A stretch of DNA of 64,000 nucleotides from an uncultured Candidatus Rokubacteria bacterium (GTDB lineage Bacteria; Methylomirabilota; Methylomirabilia; Rokubacteriales; CSP1-6). The stretch is taken from NCBI GenBank assembly GCA_963789955.1, contig CAWBMV010000006.1, positions 416,001-480,000 of the forward strand, written 5' to 3'. This document shows positions 10,512-20,274 of this stretch, in pieces. Numbering within the stretch: position 1 is the first letter of the stretch; each line of letters opens with the position of its first letter. The notes under the pieces are model-generated. The model worked only from the letters and a program-made list of their open reading frames with translations, had not been told where the DNA came from and made no database searches. A program made the position numbers and the translations under genes.

Positions 10512-11597
10512 ATGGCGACGTATCGGATCGCGGTTCTACCGGGAGACGGGATCGGCCAGGAGGTCACGCCCGAGGCCGTTCGCGTGCTCGAGACGGTGGG
10601 CAAGGGCACGGGCACCGGGTTCGAGTTCGAACGCGGGCTCGTCGGCGGCGCGGCGATCGACGCGACGGGCAAGCCGCTGGCTCCGGGCACGCTCGAGCTC
10701 TGCCGCGGGGCGCACGCGATCCTCTTCGGCGCGGTCGGCGGGCCCAAGTGGGACGACGTGCCGCACGAGCAGCGGCCCGAGCGGGGCCTGCTGGCGATCC
10801 GCAAGGAGCTCGACCTCTACGCGAACCTGCGCCCGGCCAAGTGCTTCCCGATGCTCGTCGACGCCTCGCCGCTCAAGCGCGAGGTGGTCGAGGGTACCGA
10901 CCTGATGGTCATCCGCGAGCTGACGGGCGGGCTCTACTTCGGCGAGCCCCGGGGCGTCGAGCGCTTCGCGGACGGCGGCGCGCGCGCGATCAACACGATG
11001 GCCTACACCTCGCGCGAGGTCGAGCGCATCGCCCGGATCGGATTCGACGTCGCCCGCAAACGCCGCCATCGCCTCACCTCGGTCGACAAGGTGAACGTCC
11101 TGGTGGTGTCGCAGCTCTGGCGCGAGGTGGTGACCAAGGTCGGCCGCGAGTACCCGGATGTGACGCTCGACCATGTCCTGGTCGACAACTGCGCGATGGC
11201 CCTGGTCCACCGGCCGACGCAGTTCGACACGATTGTGACCGAGAACACCTTCGGTGATATTTTGTCGGATGAGGCCGCGATTCTGGCGGGATCGATGGGT
11301 ATGTTGCCGTCGGCGTCGCTCGGAGGATCGGTCGGGCTGTACGAGCCGGTGCACGGCACCGCCCCCGACATCGCCGGCAAGGGCATCGCCAACCCGATCG
11401 CGGCGATTCTGTCGGCGGCGATGCTCCTGCGGTATTCGCTCAGCATGGAGAAGGACGCCGACCGGATCGAGCACGCGGTGCTGCGGGTGCTCGAGCAGGG
11501 ACACCGCACGGCGGACATCGTCGCGCGGGGGACGAAGCCGGCCGGTACCCGGGAGATGGGAGACCTGATCGTGCGCGAGCTGGAGCGACAGTACTGA
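10512..11597 (+). CDS. leuB: 3-isopropylmalate dehydrogenase
   Basis: [41 protein letters not shown]. Confidence 0.96.
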   Translation: MATYRIAVLPGDGIGQEVTPEAVRVLETVGKGTGTGFEFERGLVGGAAIDATGKPLAPGTLELCRGAHAILFGAVGGPKWDDVPHEQRPERGLLAIRKELDLYANLRPAKCFPMLVDASPLKREVVEGTDLMVIRELTGGLYFGEPRGVERFADGGARAINTMAYTSREVERIARIGFDVARKRRHRLTSVDKVNVLVVSQLWREVVTKVGREYPDVTLDHVLVDNCAMALVHRPTQFDTIVTENTFGDILSDEAAILAGSMGMLPSASLGGSVGLYEPVHGTAPDIAGKGIANPIAAILSAAMLLRYSLSMEKDADRIEHAVLRVLEQGHRTADIVARGTKPAGTREMGDLIVRELERQY

Positions 11598-12598
11598 TGG
11601 CGTCCGGACTCACGATCGCGGTGGTCGGCGCCACCGGCGCCGCCGGGCAGACCACGCTCCGGATCCTCGAGGAGCGAAAGTTCCCGGTGCGTGAGCTCCG
11701 CGCATTCGCCTCGGAGCGGTCGGTCGGCAAGACCGTCACCTTTCGGGGTGAGCCGATCACGATCCGGCGCATCGAGCCGGCGGCGTTCAAGGGCGTGAAC
11801 ATCGCCTTCTGCTCGGCCGGCTCGGCGCAGTCGAAGGAATACGCGCCGATGATCGTCAAGGCCGGCGCGATCGTCATCGACAAGTCGAACGCGTTCCGGA
11901 TGGATCCGGACGTGCCGCTCATCGTGCCCGAGATCAACGCGCACGCGGCGCGCGGCCATCGCGGGATCCTGGCCTGCCCGAACTGCACGACGATCGTGAC
12001 CGTCATGCCGTTGAAGCCCCTGCACGATGCCGGGCGGCTCACGCGCGTGATCGCCACCAGCTTCCAGGCGGTCTCCGGCGCCGGGGTCAACGGCATCGCC
12101 GAGCTGCGCGAGCAGACGCTCGCGTGGGCACGGGGCGAGGCGATGGTCACGAAGCACTTCCCGCATCAGATCGCCTTCAATCTCATCCCCGCGATCGACC
12201 GCTTCGGCCCCGACGGCTACACCGCCGAGGAGATGAAGCTGGTGAACGAGACCCGGAAGATCCTCGAGGCGCCGGGGTTGCCGGTGGCGCCGACGACGGT
12301 ACGGGTGCCGGTCTTCACGTCGCACTCGATCTCGGTCACGGCCGAGACCGCGGTGAAGATCACGGCCGGCCGTGCCCGCGATCTCTTCGCCGCATTCCCC
12401 GGGCTCAAGCTCTGGGACGACCCCGCGCAGCACCGGTATCCGATGCCGATCGCGGTCGAGGGACAGGACGACTGCTTCGTCGGCCGCATTCGCGAAGACC
12501 TCTCGAGCCCAAACGGACTGAGCTTCTGGGTGGTCGGCGACCAACTGCGCAAAGGCGCGGCCACGAATGCGGTCCAGATCGCTGAGCTGCTCCTCTAG
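11597..12598 (+). CDS. asd: Aspartate-semialdehyde dehydrogenase
   Basis: VVGATGAAG, ACPNCTT, QAVSGAG, DQLRKGAATNAVQI. Confidence 0.95.
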   Translation: MASGLTIAVVGATGAAGQTTLRILEERKFPVRELRAFASERSVGKTVTFRGEPITIRRIEPAAFKGVNIAFCSAGSAQSKEYAPMIVKAGAIVIDKSNAFRMDPDVPLIVPEINAHAARGHRGILACPNCTTIVTVMPLKPLHDAGRLTRVIATSFQAVSGAGVNGIAELREQTLAWARGEAMVTKHFPHQIAFNLIPAIDRFGPDGYTAEEMKLVNETRKILEAPGLPVAPTTVRVPVFTSHSISVTAETAVKITAGRARDLFAAFPGLKLWDDPAQHRYPMPIAVEGQDDCFVGRIREDLSSPNGLSFWVVGDQLRKGAATNAVQIAELLL

Positions 12599-12643
12599 TC
12601 CCGGGACACCATCGGTCGGGCGCGCTCGGCGCGGCCCGCGCTG

Positions 12644-12970
12644 ATGTCCCTGCGCCGTTCCCTTCGCCGCCGCTTTCGCCACTACGATCGATTCCATCTG
12701 GCCGTGTTCCTCACGATCGTGGTGGTGGCGTACGTGGCCGTGCCGCAGGTCGTGAGGTTCGTCGACGCCGTTCGCGGCTACGATCCCGCTTTCTACGAGC
12801 CCAAGGACTTCGAGCGTCAGGCCTGGATCAAGCGGCAGGTCGCGCCGACGGTGCTGCCGGGGTTCTCGTGGGAGATCGTGATCGACATCATTCTGTTTCT
12901 CCTCGTGGCCGTCGTCTGGCTCACCTTCGTCCCGGCGCGGAGCTCGGGACGTCACCCGCCGCCGCGATAG
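12644..12970 (+). CDS. Hypothetical two-TM membrane protein (108 aa)
   Basis: Fills the asd-truA gap; two hydrophobic helices; GC3-biased codons. Confidence 0.65.
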   Translation: MSLRRSLRRRFRHYDRFHLAVFLTIVVVAYVAVPQVVRFVDAVRGYDPAFYEPKDFERQAWIKRQVAPTVLPGFSWEIVIDIILFLLVAVVWLTFVPARSSGRHPPPR

Positions 12971-13719
12971 CCTCGGCGCGTTCGACCTTTCGTCTGGTGC
13001 TGTCCTATGACGGCACGGACTATCACGGCTGGCAGATCCAGGCCGGCGCCCGCACGGTGCAGGGGACCCTGACCGAGGCCGTGCGCGCCCGCTTCGGAGC
13101 CGACACGCGGGTCACCGGCGCCAGCCGAACCGACGCGGGCGTGCACGCGCTCCGGCAGGTCGTGTCGCTGACGACGGAGGCGCGCATCACCGCGACCGGT
13201 CTTCGCGGCGCCCTCAACGCCGACCTGCCGCGCGATATCAGAGTTCTCGATGCACGGGAGGCGCCGGCCGGGTTCGATGCGCGGCGCGCGGCCGCCGGCA
13301 AGCGGTACGCCTTCCTGATCGACAACGGACCGATCGCGAACCCGCTCCTGGCCCGCTACGCGTGGCACATCCCGCAACCGCTCGACGTGGGCGCGATGCG
13401 CCGGGCGCTGGTGGCGTTGCGGGGCCGCCACGACTTCGGCGCGTTCTGTGCGGCGCCGGGCCGCGAGGCGAATCCGGTCTGCGTCGTGCGGGCGCTCCAC
13501 GTGATCCGCCGAAAGGAGCGAATCGCCGTCCTGCTGTCGGCCGATCGCTACCTCCACCACATGGTGAGGAACATCGTCGGCAGCGCGGTCGCCGTCGGAC
13601 GTGGGGTCCGGGACGCCGCCTGGCTCGACGCGGTCCGCGCGTCACGCGACCGCACGCAGGCCGGTCAGACGGCACCGGCCCAGGGCCTCGCGCTGGTTCG
13701 AGTGCTGTATCCCCGTTAG
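12967..13719 (+). CDS. truA: tRNA pseudouridine(38-40) synthase (start uncertain: ATA 12967 or GTG 12997)
   Basis: LSYDGTDYHGWQIQ, ASRTDAGVHA, HHMVRNIVG, TAPAQGL. Confidence 0.93.
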   Translation: MASARSTFRLVLSYDGTDYHGWQIQAGARTVQGTLTEAVRARFGADTRVTGASRTDAGVHALRQVVSLTTEARITATGLRGALNADLPRDIRVLDAREAPAGFDARRAAAGKRYAFLIDNGPIANPLLARYAWHIPQPLDVGAMRRALVALRGRHDFGAFCAAPGREANPVCVVRALHVIRRKERIAVLLSADRYLHHMVRNIVGSAVAVGRGVRDAAWLDAVRASRDRTQAGQTAPAQGLALVRVLYPR

Positions 13720-14008
13720 GGTGCGCGGTGCCATCGCCACGTACGGCGCTGCCGTTTGCCGGCACCGAGTGAGGGCCCGAGTGCCCGAGGGCGGGCGGGT
13801 GCCGGTGAAAGCCTGGCCGGCGGTCAGTCACACCTCCAACAGGTCCTCAGGAACCGACATATAAAATATTGATACGGAAAGTGTTTTGAAGCACGCCCGT
13901 CCACGGCTGTGACGCGCTGGGCCGTTGAAGAAATGGGTGGCCGGGCTCGCCGGTCAATTCGCATCGGGAATATGGTAAACTCTCGCTGCACTTGATCTTT
14001 TAGACCCT

Positions 14009-14812
14009 ATGCACCAGAGCCTGCTGACGGTCGCGATCATCGGGTACGTCGCTGCGACGGGCCTCGCCTTGGCCTACCTGGTCCAGCGGGAAGAGCTGCT
14101 GCACCGGTTGGCTTTGCTGGCGACCCTGTCCGCCTGGGTTGTGCACACCGTCGCTCTCCTGGCCCTCGCGATCGACCTCGGGCGCCCTCCGCTGGCCAGC
14201 ATGCCCGAGGCCGTGTCGGTCGCCGTCTGGGTCGTCGTCTTGCTCGAGATGTGGATCGAGCGCCGCTACGGTCTCTCGGTCCTGGGCGCGTTCGTCCTGC
14301 CCGTGGCCCTCCTGTTCAGCCTGCAGTCGACGCCGACCCGCTCGCTGATCGGTCCGACGTTGAGCGGCGCATGGCTCTGGGTGCACATCGGCCTGGCGCT
14401 CGTGGGTATCGCGGCGCTCGTGCTCAACTTCGCCGGCGCGGTGATGTATCTGCTGCAGGAGCGTCAGCTCAGAGCCAAGCGCCGCCCCGGGACCTTCTAT
14501 TACTCGCTTCCGTCGCTGGCCACGCTCGATCGGCTGACGTATCGCACCTTGGCGCTCGGATTTCCGTTCCTGACGACCGGCTTGATCCTGGGTGTTCTCT
14601 GGGCCGGAACGGCTTGGGGCAGCGTCTTCACCTTCGATCCGCTGGCGCTGTCGTCCTACGTGGCCTGGACCGTGTACGCCGCGACGCTCGCCGGACGCGC
14701 CGCGGGCGGCTGGCATGGACGGCGCGCGGCGTATTTCGCCATCGTCGGGTTCGCCGTCCTCATGCTGACCCTTGGCGCCGGTCTGTTCCTACCGGGAAAG
14801 CACGGCGGATAG
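14009..14812 (+). CDS. CcsA/HemX-like cytochrome c assembly family membrane protein
   Basis: Multi-TM; MYLLQERQLR, LPSLATLDRL, WG..F.FDP; directly upstream of hemA. Confidence 0.85.
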   Translation: MHQSLLTVAIIGYVAATGLALAYLVQREELLHRLALLATLSAWVVHTVALLALAIDLGRPPLASMPEAVSVAVWVVVLLEMWIERRYGLSVLGAFVLPVALLFSLQSTPTRSLIGPTLSGAWLWVHIGLALVGIAALVLNFAGAVMYLLQERQLRAKRRPGTFYYSLPSLATLDRLTYRTLALGFPFLTTGLILGVLWAGTAWGSVFTFDPLALSSYVAWTVYAATLAGRAAGGWHGRRAAYFAIVGFAVLMLTLGAGLFLPGKHGG

Positions 14813-16081
14813 ATGGCACTCTTCGTTTCGGGTCTTTCGCACCTCAACGCTCCGGTCGAGCTGCGAGAGCAGCTGGCCGTCGACGAGGACAAGCTGCGCG
14901 AGCTCCTCCGCGACATCGCCGCGACGGGCGTCGTGCGCGAGGCGATCATTCTCTCGACCTGCAACCGCGTCGAGGTGTACGCGGTCGCCGACGTGCCCGG
15001 TGAGGCGCGCGCGACGATGTTTCGCCGGCTCTGCCGGCACCGCGGCGTGGAGTCGACCTCGGTGGAGGCGGCCCTGTACACCTACGCCGAGGGCGACGCC
15101 GTGCGCCACGCCTTCCGCGTCGCATCGAGCCTCGATTCGATGGTGATCGGCGAGCCCCAGATCCTCGGACAGGTGAAGGACGCCTTCGCGATCGCCCAGT
15201 CGTGCGAAGTGGTCGGGCCCGCGCTGCATTCGCTGTTCACGCAGGCGTTCACCGTCGCCAAGAAGGTCCGGACCGAGACGGAGATCGCCCGGCACGCGGT
15301 GTCCGTCTCGTTCGCCGCGGTCGAGCTGGCCAAGAAGATCTTCGGCGGGCTCCAGGGCAAGGCCGTCCTTCTGGTCGGCGCGGGCAAGATGAGCGAGCTC
15401 GCCGCCCGTCATCTGGTCGAGCAGGGCGTGTTCCCGGTCTACGTCACGAACCGGACGTGGGCGCGCGCCCAGGAGATGGCCCGCGCGCTGGCCGGTACCG
15501 CGGTGCCCTTCGACGAGCTGTCGACCGCGCTCGCCGCGGTGGACATCGTCATCTCGTCGACCGGGGCGGCGGAGCCGGTGATCCGGCGCGAGACGGTCCA
15601 GCGCGTCATGCACGGGCGCCGCGGCCGGCCGCTGTTCTTCATCGACATCGCCGTCCCGCGCGACGTCGAGGGCTCCGTCGACACGCTCGACGACGTGTAC
15701 TGCTACGACATCGACGACCTGAAGCAGGTCGTCGACGCGAACATCCGCGAGCGCGGTCGCGAGGCGCATCGGGCCGAGGCGCTCGTCGAGCGCGAGGTCG
15801 CGAAGTTCCTCGCCAGGCAGGGCGACGTCGAGGTGATTCCGACGATCGTGTCGCTGCGGGAGCGGCTCGAGGCGATTCGGACCGGCGAGGTCAAGCGCAC
15901 GCTCGCGCGGCTGCCCGCCGCGACTCCGGAGACGCGCGACGCGATCGAGGCCTTGTCGACGGCGATCGTGAACAAGATCCTGCATGCGCCGATCACCAAG
16001 CTCCGCGAGTCGTCCCGCGCCGGCTCACCCCGGTCATGGCTCGAGCTCGTCCACGAGCTCTTCGGGTTGGGGCGCCGATGA
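14813..16081 (+). CDS. hemA: Glutamyl-tRNA reductase
   Basis: LSTCNRVE, SLDSMVIGEPQILGQVK, GAGKM, DIAVPRD. Confidence 0.97.
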   Translation: MALFVSGLSHLNAPVELREQLAVDEDKLRELLRDIAATGVVREAIILSTCNRVEVYAVADVPGEARATMFRRLCRHRGVESTSVEAALYTYAEGDAVRHAFRVASSLDSMVIGEPQILGQVKDAFAIAQSCEVVGPALHSLFTQAFTVAKKVRTETEIARHAVSVSFAAVELAKKIFGGLQGKAVLLVGAGKMSELAARHLVEQGVFPVYVTNRTWARAQEMARALAGTAVPFDELSTALAAVDIVISSTGAAEPVIRRETVQRVMHGRRGRPLFFIDIAVPRDVEGSVDTLDDVYCYDIDDLKQVVDANIRERGREAHRAEALVEREVAKFLARQGDVEVIPTIVSLRERLEAIRTGEVKRTLARLPAATPETRDAIEALSTAIVNKILHAPITKLRESSRAGSPRSWLELVHELFGLGRR

Positions 16082-17016
16082 CGCGCGCGACGACCATCAA
16101 GATCGGCACGCGCGGAAGCCCGCTCGCGCTGATCCAGGCGGAGAGCGTCGCCGCGTCGCTGCGCGCGCTCGGAGCCGAGGTCGACATCGTGCCGGTGCGG
16201 ACCGAGGGCGATCGCCGTCTCGAGGTGCAGCTGGCGGCCATCGGCGGCAAGGGACTCTTCGTGCGCGAGATCGAAGACATGTTGCTCGCGGGCACGCTCG
16301 ACTGTGCCGTGCACAGCTTGAAGGATCTCCCGGCCGAGACACCCGCCGGCTTGACGCTCGCGGCGTTCCCGGAGCGCGAGGACGCGCGCGACGTCCTGGT
16401 CACCCGAGAATCGCGCCGGCTCGAGGATCTTCGCCCGGGGGCGCGGCTCGGGACCGGAAGCCCGCGGCGGCGCGCGCTGGCACTCGCCGCGCGGGCCGAC
16501 CTCGTCGTCGAGCCGCTGCGCGGCAACGTCGAGACCCGGCTCCGCAAGCTCGAGAGCGAGGGCCTCGATGGCGTGCTCCTCGCGGCGGCCGGGCTGACGC
16601 GCCTCGGGATCGCGCCCGCGCACGTCCAGCCCCTCGACCCTGACGTGTTCGTGCCGGCGATCGGGCAGGGCGTGCTGGCCGTCGAGAGCCGGGCCGACGA
16701 CACTCGCCTCGCCTCACTGCTCGGCCGGATCGACCACGCGCCGACGCGCGCGTGCGCGCTCGCCGAGCGCGCGTGCCTGGCGCGCCTGGGCGCCTCGTGC
16801 AACTCGCCGGTCGCCGCGTATGCCCTCCAGGCGGGCGGCGATATCAAGATGACCGCGCTCGTCGCGAGCGAGGACGGACGCAAGGTCCTGCGCGCCTCCG
16901 GAGCCGAACGCACCGAAGGCGCCGAGCGTCTGGGCCGACGGCTCGCCGCTTCGCTGCTCGATCAGGGCGCCTCCTCGATCGCGCCGCTGCAGCCGGGGAA
17001 GTCATGGCGCGAGTAG
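16078..17016 (+). CDS. hemC: Hydroxymethylbilane synthase
   Basis: [44 protein letters not shown]. Confidence 0.95.
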   Translation: MTRATTIKIGTRGSPLALIQAESVAASLRALGAEVDIVPVRTEGDRRLEVQLAAIGGKGLFVREIEDMLLAGTLDCAVHSLKDLPAETPAGLTLAAFPEREDARDVLVTRESRRLEDLRPGARLGTGSPRRRALALAARADLVVEPLRGNVETRLRKLESEGLDGVLLAAAGLTRLGIAPAHVQPLDPDVFVPAIGQGVLAVESRADDTRLASLLGRIDHAPTRACALAERACLARLGASCNSPVAAYALQAGGDIKMTALVASEDGRKVLRASGAERTEGAERLGRRLAASLLDQGASSIAPLQPGKSWRE

Positions 17017-17846
17017 GCCGCACGCCCGCGGAGCGGCCGCTCGAGGGCCGGACGATCGTCGTCACCCGGGCGCGCGCCCAGGCGCAGCGGTTCGCCGAGC
17101 TCCTGGAAGCGGCCGGCGCCCGCGTGCTGCAGGCGCCGACGATCGTGATCGAGCCGCCGGCGTCGTGGGAGCCGCTCGATACGGCCCTCGCCGCGCTGGA
17201 GTCGTTCGCGTGGGTGATCTTCACGAGCGTGAACGGCGTCGCCATGGTGGACCGGCGCCTGGCGGCGCGCGGCACCGCGTGGGCGGCGATCGCGCGCAAG
17301 CGGGTGGCGGCGATCGGCCCCGCGACGGCCGACGCGCTCGCCGAGCACGGCGTCCGCCCCGAGGTGGTGCCGTCCGAGTACCGCGCCGAGGGACTGGTCG
17401 ACCGATTGCGCGGCCTCATCGGACCCGGCGACCGCGTGCTGCTGCCGAGGGCGAAGGAGACCCGCGACGTGCTCGTCGTCGAGCTCCGGCGCCTCGGCGC
17501 CGCCGTGACCGAGGTGCCCGCATACCAGACCCGGCGAGTCGACGACGGCGTCGTCCGGCTGCGCGAGGCGCTCGCGTCGGGTGCCGTCGACGCCGTCACG
17601 TTCACCAGCTCGTCCACCGCCCGGAACTTCGCCGAGCAGTTCAGCGAGGCGGAGCGGAGCGCCTGGCGCGGGCGGGTCGCGGTCGCCTCCATCGGCCCGA
17701 TCACGGCGGCGACGGCCGCCGAATACGGCCTGCCGACCGATGTCATGCCCAGCGAGTACACGATCCCCGCTCTCGCGCGGGCGCTCACCGATTACTTCGC
17801 CCGTGCCGCGTGGAATGCCGGCCGCCGACCCAGAAGGAGCGTGTGA
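17004..17846 (+). CDS. hemD: Uroporphyrinogen-III synthase
   Basis: [37 protein letters not shown]. Confidence 0.92.
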   Translation: MARVGRTPAERPLEGRTIVVTRARAQAQRFAELLEAAGARVLQAPTIVIEPPASWEPLDTALAALESFAWVIFTSVNGVAMVDRRLAARGTAWAAIARKRVAAIGPATADALAEHGVRPEVVPSEYRAEGLVDRLRGLIGPGDRVLLPRAKETRDVLVVELRRLGAAVTEVPAYQTRRVDDGVVRLREALASGAVDAVTFTSSSTARNFAEQFSEAERSAWRGRVAVASIGPITAATAAEYGLPTDVMPSEYTIPALARALTDYFARAAWNAGRRPRRSV

Positions 17847-18832
17847 TGGCGCATGCGATGTTCCGCCCCAGACGTCTTCGCGAGAAGCCCCTGATGCGCA
17901 AGCTGATCCGCGAGACCGCGCTCGCGGTCGACGATCTCATCTACCCGCTGTTCATCGTCCACGGCCGCGGCGTTCGCGAGCCGATCGGCTCGATGCCCGG
18001 CCAGTTCCGCCTCTCGATCGACGAGCTGGTGAAGGACATGAAGGACGTCGCGAGCCTGGGCATTCCCGGCGTGCTGCTGTTCGGGCTGCCCGTCGAGAAG
18101 GACCCGCGCGGCTCGGAGGCGTACGCCGAGGACGGCATCGTGCAGCAGGCGGTGAGGGCGGTGAAGGACGTGGTGCCGGACCTCCTGGTGGCGACCGACG
18201 TGTGCCTCTGCCAGTACACGAGCCACGGCCACTGCGGCGTCGTCGAAGGCGGCACCGTGCGCAACGATCCGACGCTCGAGCTGCTGGCGCGCGTCGCGGT
18301 CTCGCACGCCGAGGCCGGCGCCGACTTGGTCGCGCCCTCCGACATGATGGACGGCCGGGTCGGTGCGATCCGCGAGGCGCTCGACGAGGCGAGCTTCACC
18401 GACACGCCGATCATGGCCTACTCGGCGAAGTACGCGTCGAGCTTCTACGGCCCCTTCCGGGATGCCGCGGACTCGGCGCCGCAATTCGGCGACCGGCGCT
18501 CGTACCAGATGGACCCGGCCAACTCTGCCGAGGCCATGCGCGAGATCGCGCTCGATCTGGACGAGGGCGCGGACATCGTCATGGTCAAGCCGGCGCTGCC
18601 GTATCTCGACATCATCTCGCGCGCGAAGGCGGAGTTCGGAGTTCCGCTCGCCGCCTACTCGGTCTCGGGCGAATACGCGATGATTCGCGCCGCGGGCCGC
18701 CTCGGCTGGCTCGACGAGGAGCGCGCGATGATGGAAGCCCTCACGGCCATCCGTCGCGCCGGCGCCGACGTCGTGATCACCTACTTCGCCCGCGACGCCG
18801 CGCGCCTTCTCGAGCGCGGTGGTGTGAGCTGA
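17846..18832 (+). CDS. hemB: Porphobilinogen synthase
   Basis: [43 protein letters not shown]. Confidence 0.97.
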   Translation: MAHAMFRPRRLREKPLMRKLIRETALAVDDLIYPLFIVHGRGVREPIGSMPGQFRLSIDELVKDMKDVASLGIPGVLLFGLPVEKDPRGSEAYAEDGIVQQAVRAVKDVVPDLLVATDVCLCQYTSHGHCGVVEGGTVRNDPTLELLARVAVSHAEAGADLVAPSDMMDGRVGAIREALDEASFTDTPIMAYSAKYASSFYGPFRDAADSAPQFGDRRSYQMDPANSAEAMREIALDLDEGADIVMVKPALPYLDIISRAKAEFGVPLAAYSVSGEYAMIRAAGRLGWLDEERAMMEALTAIRRAGADVVITYFARDAARLLERGGVS

Positions 18833-18894
18833 GCCATGGCCCTGCATGGCGAAGCGAACCTTGCAAACCGGGATCGTGTGAGCTGAGCCATGGC
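18822..18894 (+). repeat. 19-bp direct repeat gtgtgagctgagccatggc (two copies, 35-bp spacer)
   Basis: Identical copies at 18822-18840 and 18876-18894. Confidence 0.85.
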
Positions 18895-18914
18895 TCCGAA
18901 TCGTTTGGGCTGAG

Positions 18915-19355
18915 ATGCGCATCTCAGCGAAGGGCGAGTACGCGATTCAGGCGGTGCTGGATCTCGCGCTCCATCGCGAGCGCGGCCTCACGGCCATTCA
19001 GGAAATCGCACGGCGCCAGGCGATCCCCCAGCGCTATCTCGAGCAGGTGCTGCTGGCGCTGAAGCGCGCCGGTCTCTTGACGTCGAAGCGAGGATCAGCG
19101 GGCGGCTACCAGCTGACACGGCCGCCGGAGGACATCAGCGTGGGAGACGTCCTGCGAGCGGTGGAAGGGACCGGCGCCCCCTTCGAGGCGCAGCGCCGCG
19201 GCGGCCGGGGGACCGGCGAGCGTCACGACCTCGCCGAGCTGTGGGACGAGATCTCCAACGCGGTCTCGAAGGTGGTCGACCAGCTCACGTTCGGCGACCT
19301 GGCCGTTCGCGCGATCGCGCGCCGGAGCGCCGTGCGGCCGATGTACCACATATGA
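18915..19355 (+). CDS. Rrf2 family regulator (CymR-like, no Cys)
   Basis: MRISAKGEYA, YLEQVLLALKRAGLLTSKRGSAGGY; upstream of cysK. Confidence 0.9.
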   Translation: MRISAKGEYAIQAVLDLALHRERGLTAIQEIARRQAIPQRYLEQVLLALKRAGLLTSKRGSAGGYQLTRPPEDISVGDVLRAVEGTGAPFEAQRRGGRGTGERHDLAELWDEISNAVSKVVDQLTFGDLAVRAIARRSAVRPMYHI

Positions 19356-20272
19356 CGACGCCGAAGATCGCGAAGTCGGTCCTCGAGCTGGTCGGCCGGA
19401 CGCCGATGGTGCGGCTGAACCGGCTGCCGAAGCCCGGCGGCGCGATGGTGGCGGCCAAGGTCGAGTCGCTCAATCCCGGCGGGAGCGTCAAGGATCGCAT
19501 CGCCGTCTCGATGGTCGAGGACGCGGAGCGCCGGGGCGTCCTGAAGCCGGGCGCGACGATCGTCGAGCCCACGAGCGGCAACACCGGCATCGGGCTGGCG
19601 ATGGCGGCCGCGGTCCGCGGCTACCGGCTGATCCTGACGATGCCCGACGACATGAGCGTCGAGCGCCAGCGCCTGCTGGCGCGGTTCGGCGCCGAGCTCC
19701 ACCTGACACCCGCCATCGAGGGCATGACGGGCGCGGTCCACGCCGCGCGCGAGCTCCTGCGCGAGCACCCGGACTACTTCATGCCGCAGCAGTTCGAGAA
19801 CCCCGCAAATCCCGAGGCGCACCGGCGCACCACCGCGCTCGAAGTCCTGGACGCCGTCGGGGGCCGCCTCGACGCCTTCGTCGCCGGCGTCGGGACCGGT
19901 GGGACGCTCACGGGCGTCGGCGAGGTCCTCAAGGAGAAGATTCCGGCGGTCCGCATCGTGGCCGTCGAGCCGGCGGCGTCGCCCGTGCTCTCGGGCGGCA
20001 AGGCGCGGCCTCACGCGATCCAGGGCATCGGCGCCTCGTTCGTGCCCGGCGTCCTCAATCGCGCGATCATCGATCGGATCATCCAGGTGCGCGACGAGGA
20101 CGCCCTCGCGTGGTCCCGACGTCTCGCGCGCGAGGAAGGCCTCCTGGTCGGGGTCTCGGCCGGAGCCGCGGTGTTCGCGGCATGCGCGGTCGCCGCGGAG
20201 ATGACCCCGAGCCAGCTGGTCGTCACGGTCCTCCCGGACACCGGCGAGCGGTATCTGAGTCCCGGAGGCTAG
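19352..20272 (+). CDS. cysK: Cysteine synthase (PLP-dependent, CysK/CysM family)
   Basis: NPGGSVKDR, EPTSGNTGIG, GVGTGGT, PDTGERYLS. Confidence 0.95.
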   Translation: MTTPKIAKSVLELVGRTPMVRLNRLPKPGGAMVAAKVESLNPGGSVKDRIAVSMVEDAERRGVLKPGATIVEPTSGNTGIGLAMAAAVRGYRLILTMPDDMSVERQRLLARFGAELHLTPAIEGMTGAVHAARELLREHPDYFMPQQFENPANPEAHRRTTALEVLDAVGGRLDAFVAGVGTGGTLTGVGEVLKEKIPAVRIVAVEPAASPVLSGGKARPHAIQGIGASFVPGVLNRAIIDRIIQVRDEDALAWSRRLAREEGLLVGVSAGAAVFAACAVAAEMTPSQLVVTVLPDTGERYLSPGG

Positions 20273-20274
20273 GC

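Noticed and set aside
18822..18894. Repeat-spacer-repeat as a minimal CRISPR array
   Set aside because: Only two 19-bp repeats, overlapping a gene end, with no cas genes or leader
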